Below are positions 32,812 to 42,381 of a stretch of 42,634 bases of DNA, in pieces (the first letter of the stretch is position 1; each line of letters begins with the position of its first letter). The notes under the pieces are model-generated. The model saw only the letters and a program-made list of their open reading frames with translations, searched no databases and was not told the DNA's origin. This DNA comes from a virus (lineage: Duplodnaviria; Caudoviricetes), in IMG/VR virus record IMGVR_UViG_3300035102_000151, positions 1-42,634 of that record. One strand, written 5' to 3'. The position numbers and the translations under genes are program-made.

Positions 32812-32893
32812 ATCAACCGGTGAGATTTGAACTCACATTGTCTTTCGACGGCACATTAACAGTGTGCTGCTCTAACCATTAAGCGACGGTTGA
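32812..32893 (-). tRNA. tRNA-Asn (GTT) with long variable arm
   Basis: GCACA-CT GTT AA-TGTGC, V-arm GTC-GAAA-GAC, U1:A72. Confidence 0.85.
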
Positions 32894-32900
32894 ATTATTT

Positions 32901-32973
32901 GGTGACCAATGGAATTTGAATCCATATACTACGGGTCACAGCCGTAGGTTTTAACCAATTAAACTATGGTCAC
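32901..32973 (-). tRNA. tRNA-His (GTG)
   Basis: TACGG-CT GTG AC-CCGTA, C73. Confidence 0.88.
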
Positions 32974-32975
32974 AG

Positions 32976-33047
32976 TACCCTTATTAGGATTCGAACCTAA
33001 ATGGCTGGATTAGAAATCCAGAATTCTTTCCATTGAATTATAAGGGC
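32976..33047 (-). tRNA. tRNA-Arg (TCT)
   Basis: CTGGA-TT TCT AA-TCCAG. Confidence 0.9.
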
Positions 33048-33050
33048 ATG

Positions 33051-33123
33051 AACCCTATATTAGATTTGAACTAATATTTTAAGATTCGTAATCTTAATTT
33101 CTATCCAATTGAATTAATAGGGC
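33051..33123 (-). tRNA. tRNA-Arg (ACG)
   Basis: TAAGA-TT ACG AA-TCTTA. Confidence 0.85.
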
Positions 33124-33171
33124 TTTATCATTATATTTATCTTTATGTCAAATAACAAATTTAATTATTAG

Positions 33172-33245
33172 CAGATCTGGATGGATTCGAACCACCGAAT
33201 GCCTGGATCAAAGCCAGGTACGTTAGCCCACTTCGCCACAGACCT
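33172..33245 (-). tRNA. tRNA-Gln (TTG)
   Basis: CCTGG-CT TTG AT-CCAGG. Confidence 0.9.
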
Positions 33246-33249
33246 GTTT

Positions 33250-33534
33250 TTACTTTGTTAATAATATATCAAAATTATTATCTATTATTTCTTTAAATTC
33301 TGAATCTAATTTTATTTGATTATTAATAAATTCATTTAATTTTTCTTTATTTTCTTTATATTCAAAAAACCATTCTTTTATAAATTTATCTATTGTTTTT
33401 ATTGAAATATTATTTTTATATTTTCTTAAATAAATATTCCAATATTCTTCTAAATTACATTCAATATTACCTTTTTCAATATCATCAAAAACATATTTAA
33501 ATGATTTATCAAAATATTCTTTTTCTAAATCCAT
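33250..33534 (-). CDS. hypothetical protein within the tRNA array
   Basis: 94-aa ORF. Confidence 0.7.
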   Translation of the reverse strand: MDLEKEYFDKSFKYVFDDIEKGNIECNLEEYWNIYLRKYKNNISIKTIDKFIKEWFFEYKENKEKLNEFINNQIKLDSEFKEIIDNNFDILLTK

Positions 33535-33559
33535 TATAAATTTCTTTATATATTAAAAG

Positions 33560-33631
33560 AGCAAGATTTCAGACTTGAACTGAAATTAATGGATTACAAA
33601 ACCATCGTTCTACCAATTGAACTAATCTTGC
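33560..33631 (-). tRNA. tRNA-Thr (TGT)
   Basis: TT TGT AA loop, cloverleaf. Confidence 0.85.
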
Positions 33632-33639
33632 TTTTATTG

Positions 33640-33715
33640 AGCGGCTGGTGGGACTCGAACCCACAACCTTTAGATTGGAAGTCTAACACTCTGGTACCAA
33701 TTGAGTTACAACCGC
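33640..33715 (-). tRNA. tRNA-Gly (TCC)
   Basis: TTAGA-CT TCC AA-TCTAA, U73. Confidence 0.92.
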
Positions 33716-33764
33716 ATTTTTTATTCATAATATTAAAAATCTTTTTATTAAATTTATTATTTTT

Positions 33765-33793
33765 AATTTAATAATTTTTTAATTAAAAAACAA
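33765..33793 (-). promoter_or_regulatory. variant sigma70-like promoter for the tRNA array
   Basis: TTGTTT-17 nt-TAAATT. Confidence 0.5.
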
Positions 33794-33803
33794 GATATTT
33801 TTT

Positions 33804-34037
33804 TTATTCATTATTCCATTTTACTTTAAATTCAACAATATCATCTATAATATCTGATATTAAATTTGGAGATTCTAATAATAAATCATCATCTTGCATT
33901 AGTATTTCTCCACAAAAACATTGATTATCTAAACAAAAATTAATGATTTTTTCAACAATATTATTTTTCTTTTCTTCATCAATTTCAAATGATAATGTTG
34001 CATCTCCGTCATAAATTTTAAATGTTTTTTGTTTCAT
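33804..34037 (-). CDS. hypothetical protein
   Basis: 77-aa ORF in operon. Confidence 0.7.
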   Translation of the reverse strand: MKQKTFKIYDGDATLSFEIDEEKKNNIVEKIINFCLDNQCFCGEILMQDDDLLLESPNLISDIIDDIVEFKVKWNNE

Positions 34038-34045
34038 TTTCTTTC

Positions 34046-34405
34046 CTATTTATTAATTATTCCTTTATCAATATTTAAACAATTATTGTCATTTATTCTA
34101 ATATCATTCGTTTTACCAATTATAAAATTAATAAAATTTTCAGATTTTAAAAAATATTCTAATGAAGATATTAAAATATGATTAATATCTAAATTTTTTA
34201 TTGGATATTTTATTTTAATAAATTTTTCAATATTAAACATAACAATTTCAAATCTGGTTGAAAAAATATTAATATTTAATAAATATATTAAATCTTTTTT
34301 TATTTCTTCTTGATAAAGATTTCTAATTTGTTTTATATTGTTATTAAATCTTTTATCATAATTTTCATTTAAAAAAGTTAAATAATTTAATATTAAATTT
34401 TTCAT
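34046..34405 (-). CDS. hypothetical protein
   Basis: 119-aa ORF in operon. Confidence 0.65.
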   Translation of the reverse strand: MKNLILNYLTFLNENYDKRFNNNIKQIRNLYQEEIKKDLIYLLNINIFSTRFEIVMFNIEKFIKIKYPIKNLDINHILISSLEYFLKSENFINFIIGKTNDIRINDNNCLNIDKGIINK

Positions 34406-34406
34406 T

Positions 34407-34658
34407 TTACCATTTTATAATAAATTCTTTAGTTACACTATTAAATATATATGTATATCCTGCTTGATTTAAATATTTTAATTCTTTTTTTGATAGTGGG
34501 GTATTACATCCAGTATTTATTGTAACCGAATAAAATCCTTTATTACTTTGTTTTTTTATTTCACCCATTATAAATCTAAATTCTTGACTATAATGTTTTC
34601 TTTGATTGGCATTTAATCTTGCTTCTTTTGCAGTAAATAATTTATATTTCATTTTCAA
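34407..34658 (-). CDS. hypothetical phage protein
   Basis: LFTAKEAR...IKKQSNKG...LNQAGY...IIKW. AAGGA SD. Confidence 0.75.
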   Translation of the reverse strand: MKMKYKLFTAKEARLNANQRKHYSQEFRFIMGEIKKQSNKGFYSVTINTGCNTPLSKKELKYLNQAGYTYIFNSVTKEFIIKW

Positions 34659-34676
34659 TTTCCTTTTTTTAATTAG

Positions 34677-34760
34677 AACATTAGGTGGGATTTGAACCCA
34701 CGACCTTTTCAGGTTTACTGGTTTTGCAGACCAGCGCCTTAACCACTTGGCTACTAATGC
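34677..34760 (-). tRNA. tRNA-Cys (GCA) with long variable arm
   Basis: CTGGT-CT GCA AA-ACCAG, 16-nt V-region with ACCT-GAAA-AGGT hairpin, U73. Confidence 0.85.
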
Positions 34761-34780
34761 AAATATAAAAAATAATTTTT

Positions 34781-34987
34781 TTAAAATCTTGGTAAAGGTT
34801 TTTCAATTAATCTATATTTTAAACATAAATCAAATAAATAATTTTTGAATACTATTTTATTATCCATTCTTTTTTTATTTGAAATCATAGTATGATTAAA
34901 TTTAATTTTATTAATTTTCAATAAATTTTTTAATTCATCTATTGAATAATTTTTTGCTCTTTTAATATTTTTTGGTTGAATTTTCAT
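34781..34987 (-). CDS. hypothetical protein
   Basis: 68-aa ORF, AAGGA SD. Confidence 0.65.
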   Translation of the reverse strand: MKIQPKNIKRAKNYSIDELKNLLKINKIKFNHTMISNKKRMDNKIVFKNYLFDLCLKYRLIEKPLPRF

Positions 34988-34999
34988 AATTTTCCTTTT

Positions 35000-35650
35000 T
35001 TATTTGGTTTTTAATGTAAAATATTTTATTTCTTTTTTATTCCAATGAAAAGTATTAATACCGAATAACCAAGCATATTTTAAATATTCTATTTCATTAT
35101 CAATATAAAATATATTATCATATCTTTGATTTTGAAATAATAATTGTTTTATCTTTTTTATTTTTCCTTTATTTGCATAAATTTTATTAGGAATTGAAAA
35201 ATCTTTTTCAATAAACCATTGCAATTTTATTGTTGGATTTGCTGTACATATATTTGTTTCAATTCTTTCAATGCATAAATCATATAAATATTTAAATTTT
35301 TTATCTGTTATAACGCCATCAAAATCTAACATTAAACAATTTTTTAATCCTCGCATTAGTTCTATATTAGGAAAAAATTTATTTCTTTCTAATTTTACAA
35401 TTTTATTAGAATTAGAATATTCATATTCTCTTGAAAAATGATGAATTTTTCTAATTCTTTGAGTCATATATTCTATATATTCAAATAAAGTCATATCTAA
35501 TTTATTTAAATAAAATTCTATATCAATACTTTTTCTAATAAATATTTCTGTAAAAATATGTTTAATATGAATTACTTCTCTTCTTACTAAAAGAGTTTTT
35601 TGTAATCCATATTTTGAAATTAATTCTGGAAGATTAGTTAAGTAATTCAT
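35000..35650 (-). CDS. HAD-superfamily phosphatase-like protein
   Basis: LMLDFDGVIT (motif I), ICTA (II), K (III), FYIDN (IV). Confidence 0.75.
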   Translation of the reverse strand: MNYLTNLPELISKYGLQKTLLVRREVIHIKHIFTEIFIRKSIDIEFYLNKLDMTLFEYIEYMTQRIRKIHHFSREYEYSNSNKIVKLERNKFFPNIELMRGLKNCLMLDFDGVITDKKFKYLYDLCIERIETNICTANPTIKLQWFIEKDFSIPNKIYANKGKIKKIKQLLFQNQRYDNIFYIDNEIEYLKYAWLFGINTFHWNKKEIKYFTLKTK

Positions 35651-35653
35651 TTA

Positions 35654-35806
35654 TTATTCACTTATGTTTTTTAAAATAACTTTAAATTCAGAAAATGAAA
35701 CTTTTTCTTGTTTAATCCACATATATAACATTTTTAATTTTGGTGTTTGACATTGAAATTTATTTAATCTATTACTTAATTCTTCTACTTTTTTAGGGCT
35801 ATACAT
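35654..35806 (-). CDS. small hypothetical early protein, 50 aa
   Basis: AAGGAG SD after the promoter cassette. KLKMLYMWIKQEKVSFSEF. Confidence 0.7.
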   Translation of the reverse strand: MYSPKKVEELSNRLNKFQCQTPKLKMLYMWIKQEKVSFSEFKVILKNISE

Positions 35807-35842
35807 TCTGAAACTCCTTTTAATTATCTTATTTACATATAT

Positions 35843-35871
35843 AATATAAGGAATAAATATATAATATCCAA
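35843..35871 (-). promoter_or_regulatory. sigma70-like early promoter (repeated cassette)
   Basis: TTGGAT-17 nt-TATATT-ATATATGTAAATAAG. Confidence 0.8.
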
Positions 35872-35898
35872 GAACTTTTTAATAAAAAATAAAATATT

Positions 35899-36207
35899 TT
35901 ACCACCAAACAATACCGGCACCATTACATGTTCTACATGTTTCTCTAATAACAGTTGAAGACCAATTAAAACCATTAGAATCATAAAATCCACTGGGTAC
36001 TGTTTTAGTACCATGACATACCGGACAAACATGAGGTTCTTTATTACAATTATTAATTACATATATTTTATGAAAAATAAAATGGGTTGTTGAAAATGGA
36101 AAAGAATTTAAATTATAATCAAAATTAATATTATCATCCTCATAATTATATATTTCTAAATCGTCTTTTTGTAAATAATATCTATATCCAGTTTCAATAG
36201 ATTCCAC
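35899..36207 (-). CDS. DnaJ-type CxxCxGxG zinc-finger protein (start uncertain)
   Basis: CPVCHGTK...CRTCNGAG. Confidence 0.65.
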   Translation of the reverse strand: MESIETGYRYYLQKDDLEIYNYEDDNINFDYNLNSFPFSTTHFIFHKIYVINNCNKEPHVCPVCHGTKTVPSGFYDSNGFNWSSTVIRETCRTCNGAGIVWW

Positions 36208-36369
36208 TTCTATATCAGAATAATATTTTATACCAAAAAGATTTTCAATAAATAAACATTTTTTTTCAATAATTTTAACTAAAATATTTTTTATTTGGTT
36301 TCCAGTTTTCCTTATGCTGTAATATTTCTATTTCCATTTTCATCTAAATTAAAACTAAAATCTATTATT

Positions 36370-36969
36370 TTATAAATCATTATATCTTCTTTTATATAAT
36401 TTTTTTAATACTTTTTTCTTATTAATATTTCTTCTATTTAAACAATGATAAATAGCATCATTATATGGTATTTTATAATCTTGTTTTAATTTTATAATTT
36501 CATTAGTTACGGCTTCTATTTCTCGATAATCATTTTTATAATCATTATAATTACAAATACTAAAACTTTTTGGTATTAATTTAAATTGTAATTTATGTGT
36601 TAATTCATGCTCAAAAAATAATAAAATTTCTCGTCTAATATATTCAATTGAATCAAAATTATATTTGTCTAATAATTTATTTTCATTAAATTTTAATCTA
36701 AAATTATCAATATCTTTTTTATTTAATTGTAAAATTATTTCATTAGTATTTTCATTATAATAGCCTTTTATTAATTTTGTTTCATTTTTTTTCTGAAAAA
36801 AAGGTTTAAATTTAATTTTTAAATCTTTTAATCATTTTTTATATTTTCCTTGCAAAGATGAAATGTTATTAATATTAAATTCAAAAGTATATTCTTTTTT
36901 ATATTTTAAAAATTGTAAAATTTTATTAGTTAATTGATTTGCTATATTTTTTGTTCTAAATTTATACAA
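36370..36969 (-). CDS. putative zincin metallopeptidase (HExxH), ~199 aa in code 4
   Basis: GYYN...EHELTHKLQ...REIEA. TTG start, 1 TGA. Absent from the ORF track. Confidence 0.65.
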
Positions 36970-36972
36970 AAA

Positions 36973-37398
36973 TTAATCCCACCAATATTTCATATTGTTA
37001 TTAATTAATTCCCATATATTATTCCAATTTCTTTCTTCTAATTCTTTACATTTATCATAATAATTATCAATATCTTTTTCAAATTTAATTTCAGAAAACA
37101 TATCATTATTAGAAATAATATTCATTTTAGGTTCTTTTAATCCTAATAATTTAATTTCATTAAAATATTTTGAATTTAAATCATAATCAATTCTTCTTAT
37201 AACTTCTTTTAAAATTCTTAATTTTGGAATTTTTGTTTCATCAATCTCCATTCCATATTTATTAATAAAATTATAGGTTAATTGTAAAGATTTTTTAAAA
37301 ATTTCTAAATTATAATTATAATCGAATTCCCGAAAATTTCATAATTCGTATCTAAAATTATATATATTTTTAAAAAATTTTAATACATTTTTAATCAT
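36973..37398 (-). CDS. hypothetical phage protein, 141 aa in code 4
   Basis: Track ORF extended upstream through 1 TGA (ELWNFREFDY). Ends in WWD. Confidence 0.75.
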
Positions 37399-37401
37399 TT
37401 T

Positions 37402-37611
37402 TTATCCTTTATTAAAAATATCATTCATAAAATCAGGTAACTCATAATCAACTTTATTATTATAATTTTTTTTCTGTTTTTTATTTAATCCAGATAAATT
37501 AACAAAATAATTGAAACATTTCTCACAATAAATTGTTTCATTTCTTGAATATGAACCTACTTCAATCTTTGCTATAAGTGTATTACAATGACAACATCTT
37601 AATTCTTTCAT
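37402..37611 (-). CDS. small zinc-finger protein
   Basis: LRCCHCNTLIA...YCEKC. Confidence 0.7.
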   Translation of the reverse strand: MKELRCCHCNTLIAKIEVGSYSRNETIYCEKCFNYFVNLSGLNKKQKKNYNNKVDYELPDFMNDIFNKG

Positions 37612-37637
37612 AACTATATCCTTTCATATATTAATTA

Positions 37638-37666
37638 AATATAATGAATATATGAATTAAATACAA
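37638..37666 (-). promoter_or_regulatory. sigma70-like promoter
   Basis: TTGTAT-17 nt-TATATT. Confidence 0.7.
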
Positions 37667-37675
37667 GAATTATTT

Positions 37676-39433
37676 TTATTTCTTACCCCATATATATTTT
37701 TTATTTCCACAATCTCAAATTCTATCATAATTATTTAATTGCATATTTTCCCATTCTGTTAAATTTTTATCAAAATATTTTAATTTATTTTTTAATTTAT
37801 GTTTTTGAAATTGATATCGTGAATAAATCATACCTTTTTTAAAATATAAATAATTAGGAGAAGTATTTTCTAAAAAATTAAAATTTAATTTATTATAGAC
37901 TTTTCCAGTAAAATATCTTTTATCCGCATAAGTAATAATTGATTTTGGATTATAATTTCTAATAAAATATTTAAATAATTTACTTGCTCCACCTAAAATA
38001 ATAAAATCTAATTTATTACAAAATCTAAACATTTCATATTCAATCTTTTTATTAAATCTTGCTTTTCCAAATGTCATTAAACTAACTAATTCATTTTTAT
38101 AAAATAATCCTAATTTAATTTGACTATTATCAGATCCTTGAATATGATTATTTTCTAAAAAAATATTTTTTAATTTGTTATTTTTAATTTCTTTTACAAT
38201 ACATTCTCGGGCTCCAATTTTAAAATTATATTGATTTAAATTATTTTTAATAATAGATTTAACAATATCTTGTTTATTTATTCATTCGTGATCCCAAATA
38301 TGTAATAATTTAATTTCTTTTTCTTCGCATAATTTAGTTTTATTTAAATGATATTTTTTATCTTTTTTTCCATTGATTTCAGAATGTCAATATAATCCAT
38401 TTAATTCAATTGCTAAATTAAAATCTGGTATATAAATATCTAATTCTAATTTTGAATTATTAAATAATTTAACATTATTTTTTGTTTTTATATTTAAATT
38501 ATCATTTATAAAAAATTGTATTTCTTTTTCAATAATTGAAGATCCTAATTTTAATTTTTTTATTTTAAAACAGTCAGGACATAATGGCAATCTATTTTGA
38601 TTTATTAAATTAGATTCATAAATTTTATTACATTTTAAACATTTAAATTTATAATTTTTATCAATTCCAGTAAATTCATTTAATTGAAATAATGGTTCAA
38701 TAAATTTATTATTTAATAATCTTTCATATCTTACTTTAAATACTTTTTGTTTATATTCATCTGATTGAAAATAAAATTCCGTACCATATTTTTCTAAATT
38801 TATTTTTTTTAATTTATTTTTTATTTTTTCAGTTTTCATTGGATTATTCACCCCATATTTTTTAATATTATTTTCTTTTCTAATATTAAGTATATCAGAT
38901 GAACAAGTGGGGGCATTACCTCCATATTTTTTATTACATGTTATTTTTGATTTATTTCTATTATTAAAATTTTCATCTCCATATTTTTCTAATTTAGTTT
39001 TTTTATTTTTTTCTATATTATTAAAATTTTCATCTCCATATTTTTCTAATTTAGTTTGTTTAATTTTATCTTTAAATTTTTGTAATTCCATTATATTATT
39101 AACATTATATTTTTTTTGTATTGTTTTTTTAGTATTTTCTTTTATTTTTTGTTTTGTTTTTTCAGTATGTTTTTTATTAAAGGTAGATAATCTATAATAA
39201 TGAGATTTAATTGTCATGTGTTTAGAATATCAAGGCCCATTTGGTAATTTTTTATTAAATTTTAATTCAGCCCCACATCCACAAGCACAGGTAGGTTTAA
39301 TACCATCAAAGAAAAATCTAACAATATAATCTTCATAATCCATATTATGAACATTTTCAATATGTTTTATAAAATTTTTATTAAATCCTTTTCCACAAAT
39401 TTTACAAATAAATTTAAATTTTTTTTCTATCAT
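37676..39433 (-). CDS. second Hef-like homing endonuclease, 585 aa in code 4
   Basis: CKIC..H, CACGCG, KYG repeats, ELDIYIPDFNLAIELNGLYWHSE, RIWDCGNKKY. Three track fragments joined by TGA. Confidence 0.88.
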
Positions 39434-39454
39434 AATTTCTTTTTTTTAATATTA

Positions 39455-39483
39455 AATATAATGAATTTTTAAATAAAAAACAA
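39455..39483 (-). promoter_or_regulatory. sigma70-like promoter
   Basis: TTGTTT-17 nt-TATATT. Confidence 0.7.
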
Positions 39484-39492
39484 GAAGAAAAT

Positions 39493-39523
39493 AAAAAAAG
39501 CCCAATAAAAATATTGGGCTTTT
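39493..39523 (-). terminator. terminator after the major capsid gene
   Basis: GCCCAATA...TATTGGGC followed by T7 on the minus strand. Confidence 0.85.
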
Positions 39524-39553
39524 GTAAAATAAACTATATATGTAGTATATGAT

Positions 39554-41110
39554 CTATATAATATTAAGATCTCTGCATACAATTTTTCCATAGTAATGAG
39601 GTCTGATCATTTTCTTTGCGCTTCTTGTCATCATTCCACGTCTTGGTGTGAAATCAGTAGGATCAAGAACTACCGGTGTACTCATAATAGGAATATACGG
39701 AGCATAAACAGCACCAGTTTGCAAGAAATTATTTCCTCTAAAACCTAACAATATTTCATCGCTTCTAAAATAAGGATTTTTATAAACGGTTAATTCTTTA
39801 CCAAGATTACCAATTTTTTCAATTCCCATATTATAAGAAACTTTAGAAACATCTCCATCATAAGAAGTAAATCCTCTTTGTAATGATTCTAAAATAGTTG
39901 CTACATCAGTACCGACCATCATCCAATTAGCACCACCCATTAAAGTTCTTTTATGGATTTTATTACTAACTTTTCTGATTTTTTGAATTAATGTCTGGAA
40001 CCATTCCATTTGTGTACCAGTAAAAGTACCAGGACTTGAAATATAAGCACCATCAGAATCAACAAAACTATTAATTTTTGCTGACCAATAATCTTTTTCA
40101 ACTACATTCTGTCTAATCATTTCAATATTTTCCATATCGATTTCAAGAGCAATGTAATCAGACATAATATTTGCAAGTTCTGCTTCAGCATCAATACTAT
40201 GATAAGCATTTAAGTCCTGAGTCAATTCAGGTGTCCATTGCGCTTTTAATTTTCTGGTATTAGGTGAAATTGCTTCACTTCTTAAATCAATTTTGATTTC
40301 AGGAATAGAACCAACACCAGTTTGACCTGCTTCAAAATCTCCTCTATTTGTAGCAGAAGTTGTTTTAACATATTCTACTGTGGTAAGAGTTGAATCATCG
40401 GCACCAGAAGCAAATAAATATACATAAGTATTATCTGAATAAGCATATTGTCTATACAATGTATCAACATTTGTATCTGTTACTGCAATAGCACTTGGTA
40501 AATCACTATCTACACCAGATAAGGCTGATTGAGCAATTTTAATTTTCTTATAATGATTTGCATTAGCAGCAACCGATGCTGACAAGGTTGAACTATAATT
40601 AAAATCTGATCATGATGCAGATGTCATAACAGCAGTTACATTAGATGCACTAACATAATTTTTAGTATATGAATAATCTCAATCATATAAATTACCAGAT
40701 AAAGTTGAACTTGATACCTGACCAAAAATACTATCTCCGTCAGAATAGATATTTGAATTTGTAGGTTTATCAGTATCATAAGCAAATTCTAACCAAAATA
40801 CTAAACCCGAAGGCATAGACATTGGCTGTACAGACATAATATCTTGTGAAACAACTTTGCCCATTGTACGTCTAACTAAAGGAAGTGCAATATCTGACCA
40901 ACCTTCTTTATTAGCGCTTGTTTGTGTTAAAGATGCTTCATCAATCAATCTTTTAGCCTGGTTTTCTAACAAAATAGCCATATTATTGACTTCATATTCT
41001 GTATCTAAACCTTCTAAAAGACCTGTTTTTTCCCATTTTTCAACCAGATTTCTGGTTGCAGCATATTGGGAATGTTGTTTGTAATCTTCCATTAATAAGT
41101 TAAGATTCAT
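39554..41110 (-). CDS. gp23: major capsid protein (T4 gp23-like), 518 aa in code 4
   Basis: LVEKWEKTGLLEGL, ALPLVRR, VQPMSMPSGLVF, RKLKAQWTPELTQDL, IDAEAEL, GAVYAPYIP, DFTPRRG. 2 TGA (40679 and 40610). Confidence 0.96.
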
Positions 41111-41133
41111 TTTTTTAATCTCCTAATTTTTGA

Positions 41134-42255
41134 TTATTTTCAGTTCCCAATTCCTGCTAATTTTTGATTTCTAAGTTTTTCGTCCATACTAATGAATTTA
41201 TTTTCATTAATTACATCTTCATTTTCAACAAGTGTATTTCTTTCTGGTCTACTTGACCCTTCTTCAAATGCAAGAATTTTCTCTTTTTTAATGTTTTTAG
41301 TTTGTTTTTCTTCTTTTTCTTCTATCACTTCTAAATTAAAAGCGTCTATTAAAGTTTCATAAGTAAGTTTTAATTGTTCGATATCTTTTGCTTTATCAAA
41401 TGCATTGATAATTTTTTGCTTTTGATTATCGTCTAATTCGCCTGAAGAAGTTAACATATTTGCATATTTTAATTTTTCATTTAAAAATGCTGTTGTTTTT
41501 AAACTTTCACTTAATTCTTCAAATTTTTCTTCAAATTCTTTAATTTTGGCTTTTAATTCTTTATTTTCTTTTTTAATTTTTTCTTTGTCGTCATCTTCAT
41601 CGTCTTCTTCGGATTCAGATTCAAGTTCATCATCATCTTCTTCATCATCTAATTCTTTGTCGTCTTCATCATCTTTATCGTCTTCTAATGCTTCTGATAA
41701 TTCTTTTAAATCAATTTCAAATAATTCTTCTTCATCAGATTCATCTAAAGTTTCTTGTTTTAATTCTTCTATTAAACTATCTAAATCAAAATCTGTAGAT
41801 TCTTCAATTTCATCATTTTCATCTTCTTTTTCTTCGTCATCTTCTTCGGCTTCATCTAATTTATCATCTTCGTCGTCTTCTTCATCTAACTTGTCATCTT
41901 CATCTTCTTCTTTTTTAACTTTTTTAGATTCTTTTACTTTTTTCTTTTTATCATCTTCAACTTCTTCATCATCTTCTTCGTCTAACTCTTCATCATTATC
42001 AACATCGGCTTCTTCTTTTTTACATGATTTTTTTTCATCTAATTCATCATCTTCTTCTTCGACTTTTTTAGATTTTTTTTCTAATAATGAATTATAAATT
42101 TTTTCATCTTCTTCTTTTAATGCTTTTTCTAATTCATCTTTTACTTGATTAGAAAATCTTTCATTTAAAAAATCTGTTGCTTTTTTTAAAGCCTGTTCTT
42201 GGATTACTTCAGCATCAGCAATTGCTTCATCTAAAAATTTTAAATCTTTTGTCAT
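41134..42255 (-). CDS. acidic prohead scaffold/core protein, 373 aa in code 4
   Basis: Extremely D/E-rich, coiled-coil, LNEKLKYAN, C-terminal QKLAGI, directly upstream of the capsid gene. TGA is followed by AAA TAA. Confidence 0.85.
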
Positions 42256-42381
42256 AATATTTACTCCTGAATATTATCAATAACTAAATTAAATTAGTTA
42301 ATATATTTTTATTAAATTATAATATGAACTACTTATATTAGGTTTATTAAAGTAGTATTTTTCATTTTCTTTTATTCTATT

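Noticed and set aside
33589-33771. 60-aa plus-strand ORF (WWDSNPQP)
   Set aside because: Antisense translation of tRNA-Gly and tRNA-Thr
8016-40857. Track ORFs starting at 8016, 11735, 20080, 26202, 35829, 38907 and 40857
   Set aside because: They overlap well-supported code-4 genes on the opposite strand or in another frame
8072-41110. TGA as Gly (code 25) or selenocysteine
   Set aside because: TGA aligns with TGG in the paralogs and with conserved Trp motifs. There are too many sites, and they are not at Cys positions
39554-41110. Intron, intein or pseudogenisation splitting the capsid and sheath genes
   Set aside because: Fragments are in the same frame and separated only by TGA, with no inserted sequence
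41546-42097. 183-aa poly-Ser ORF on the plus strand
   Set aside because: Antisense shadow of GAA/GAT codons in the acidic scaffold gene
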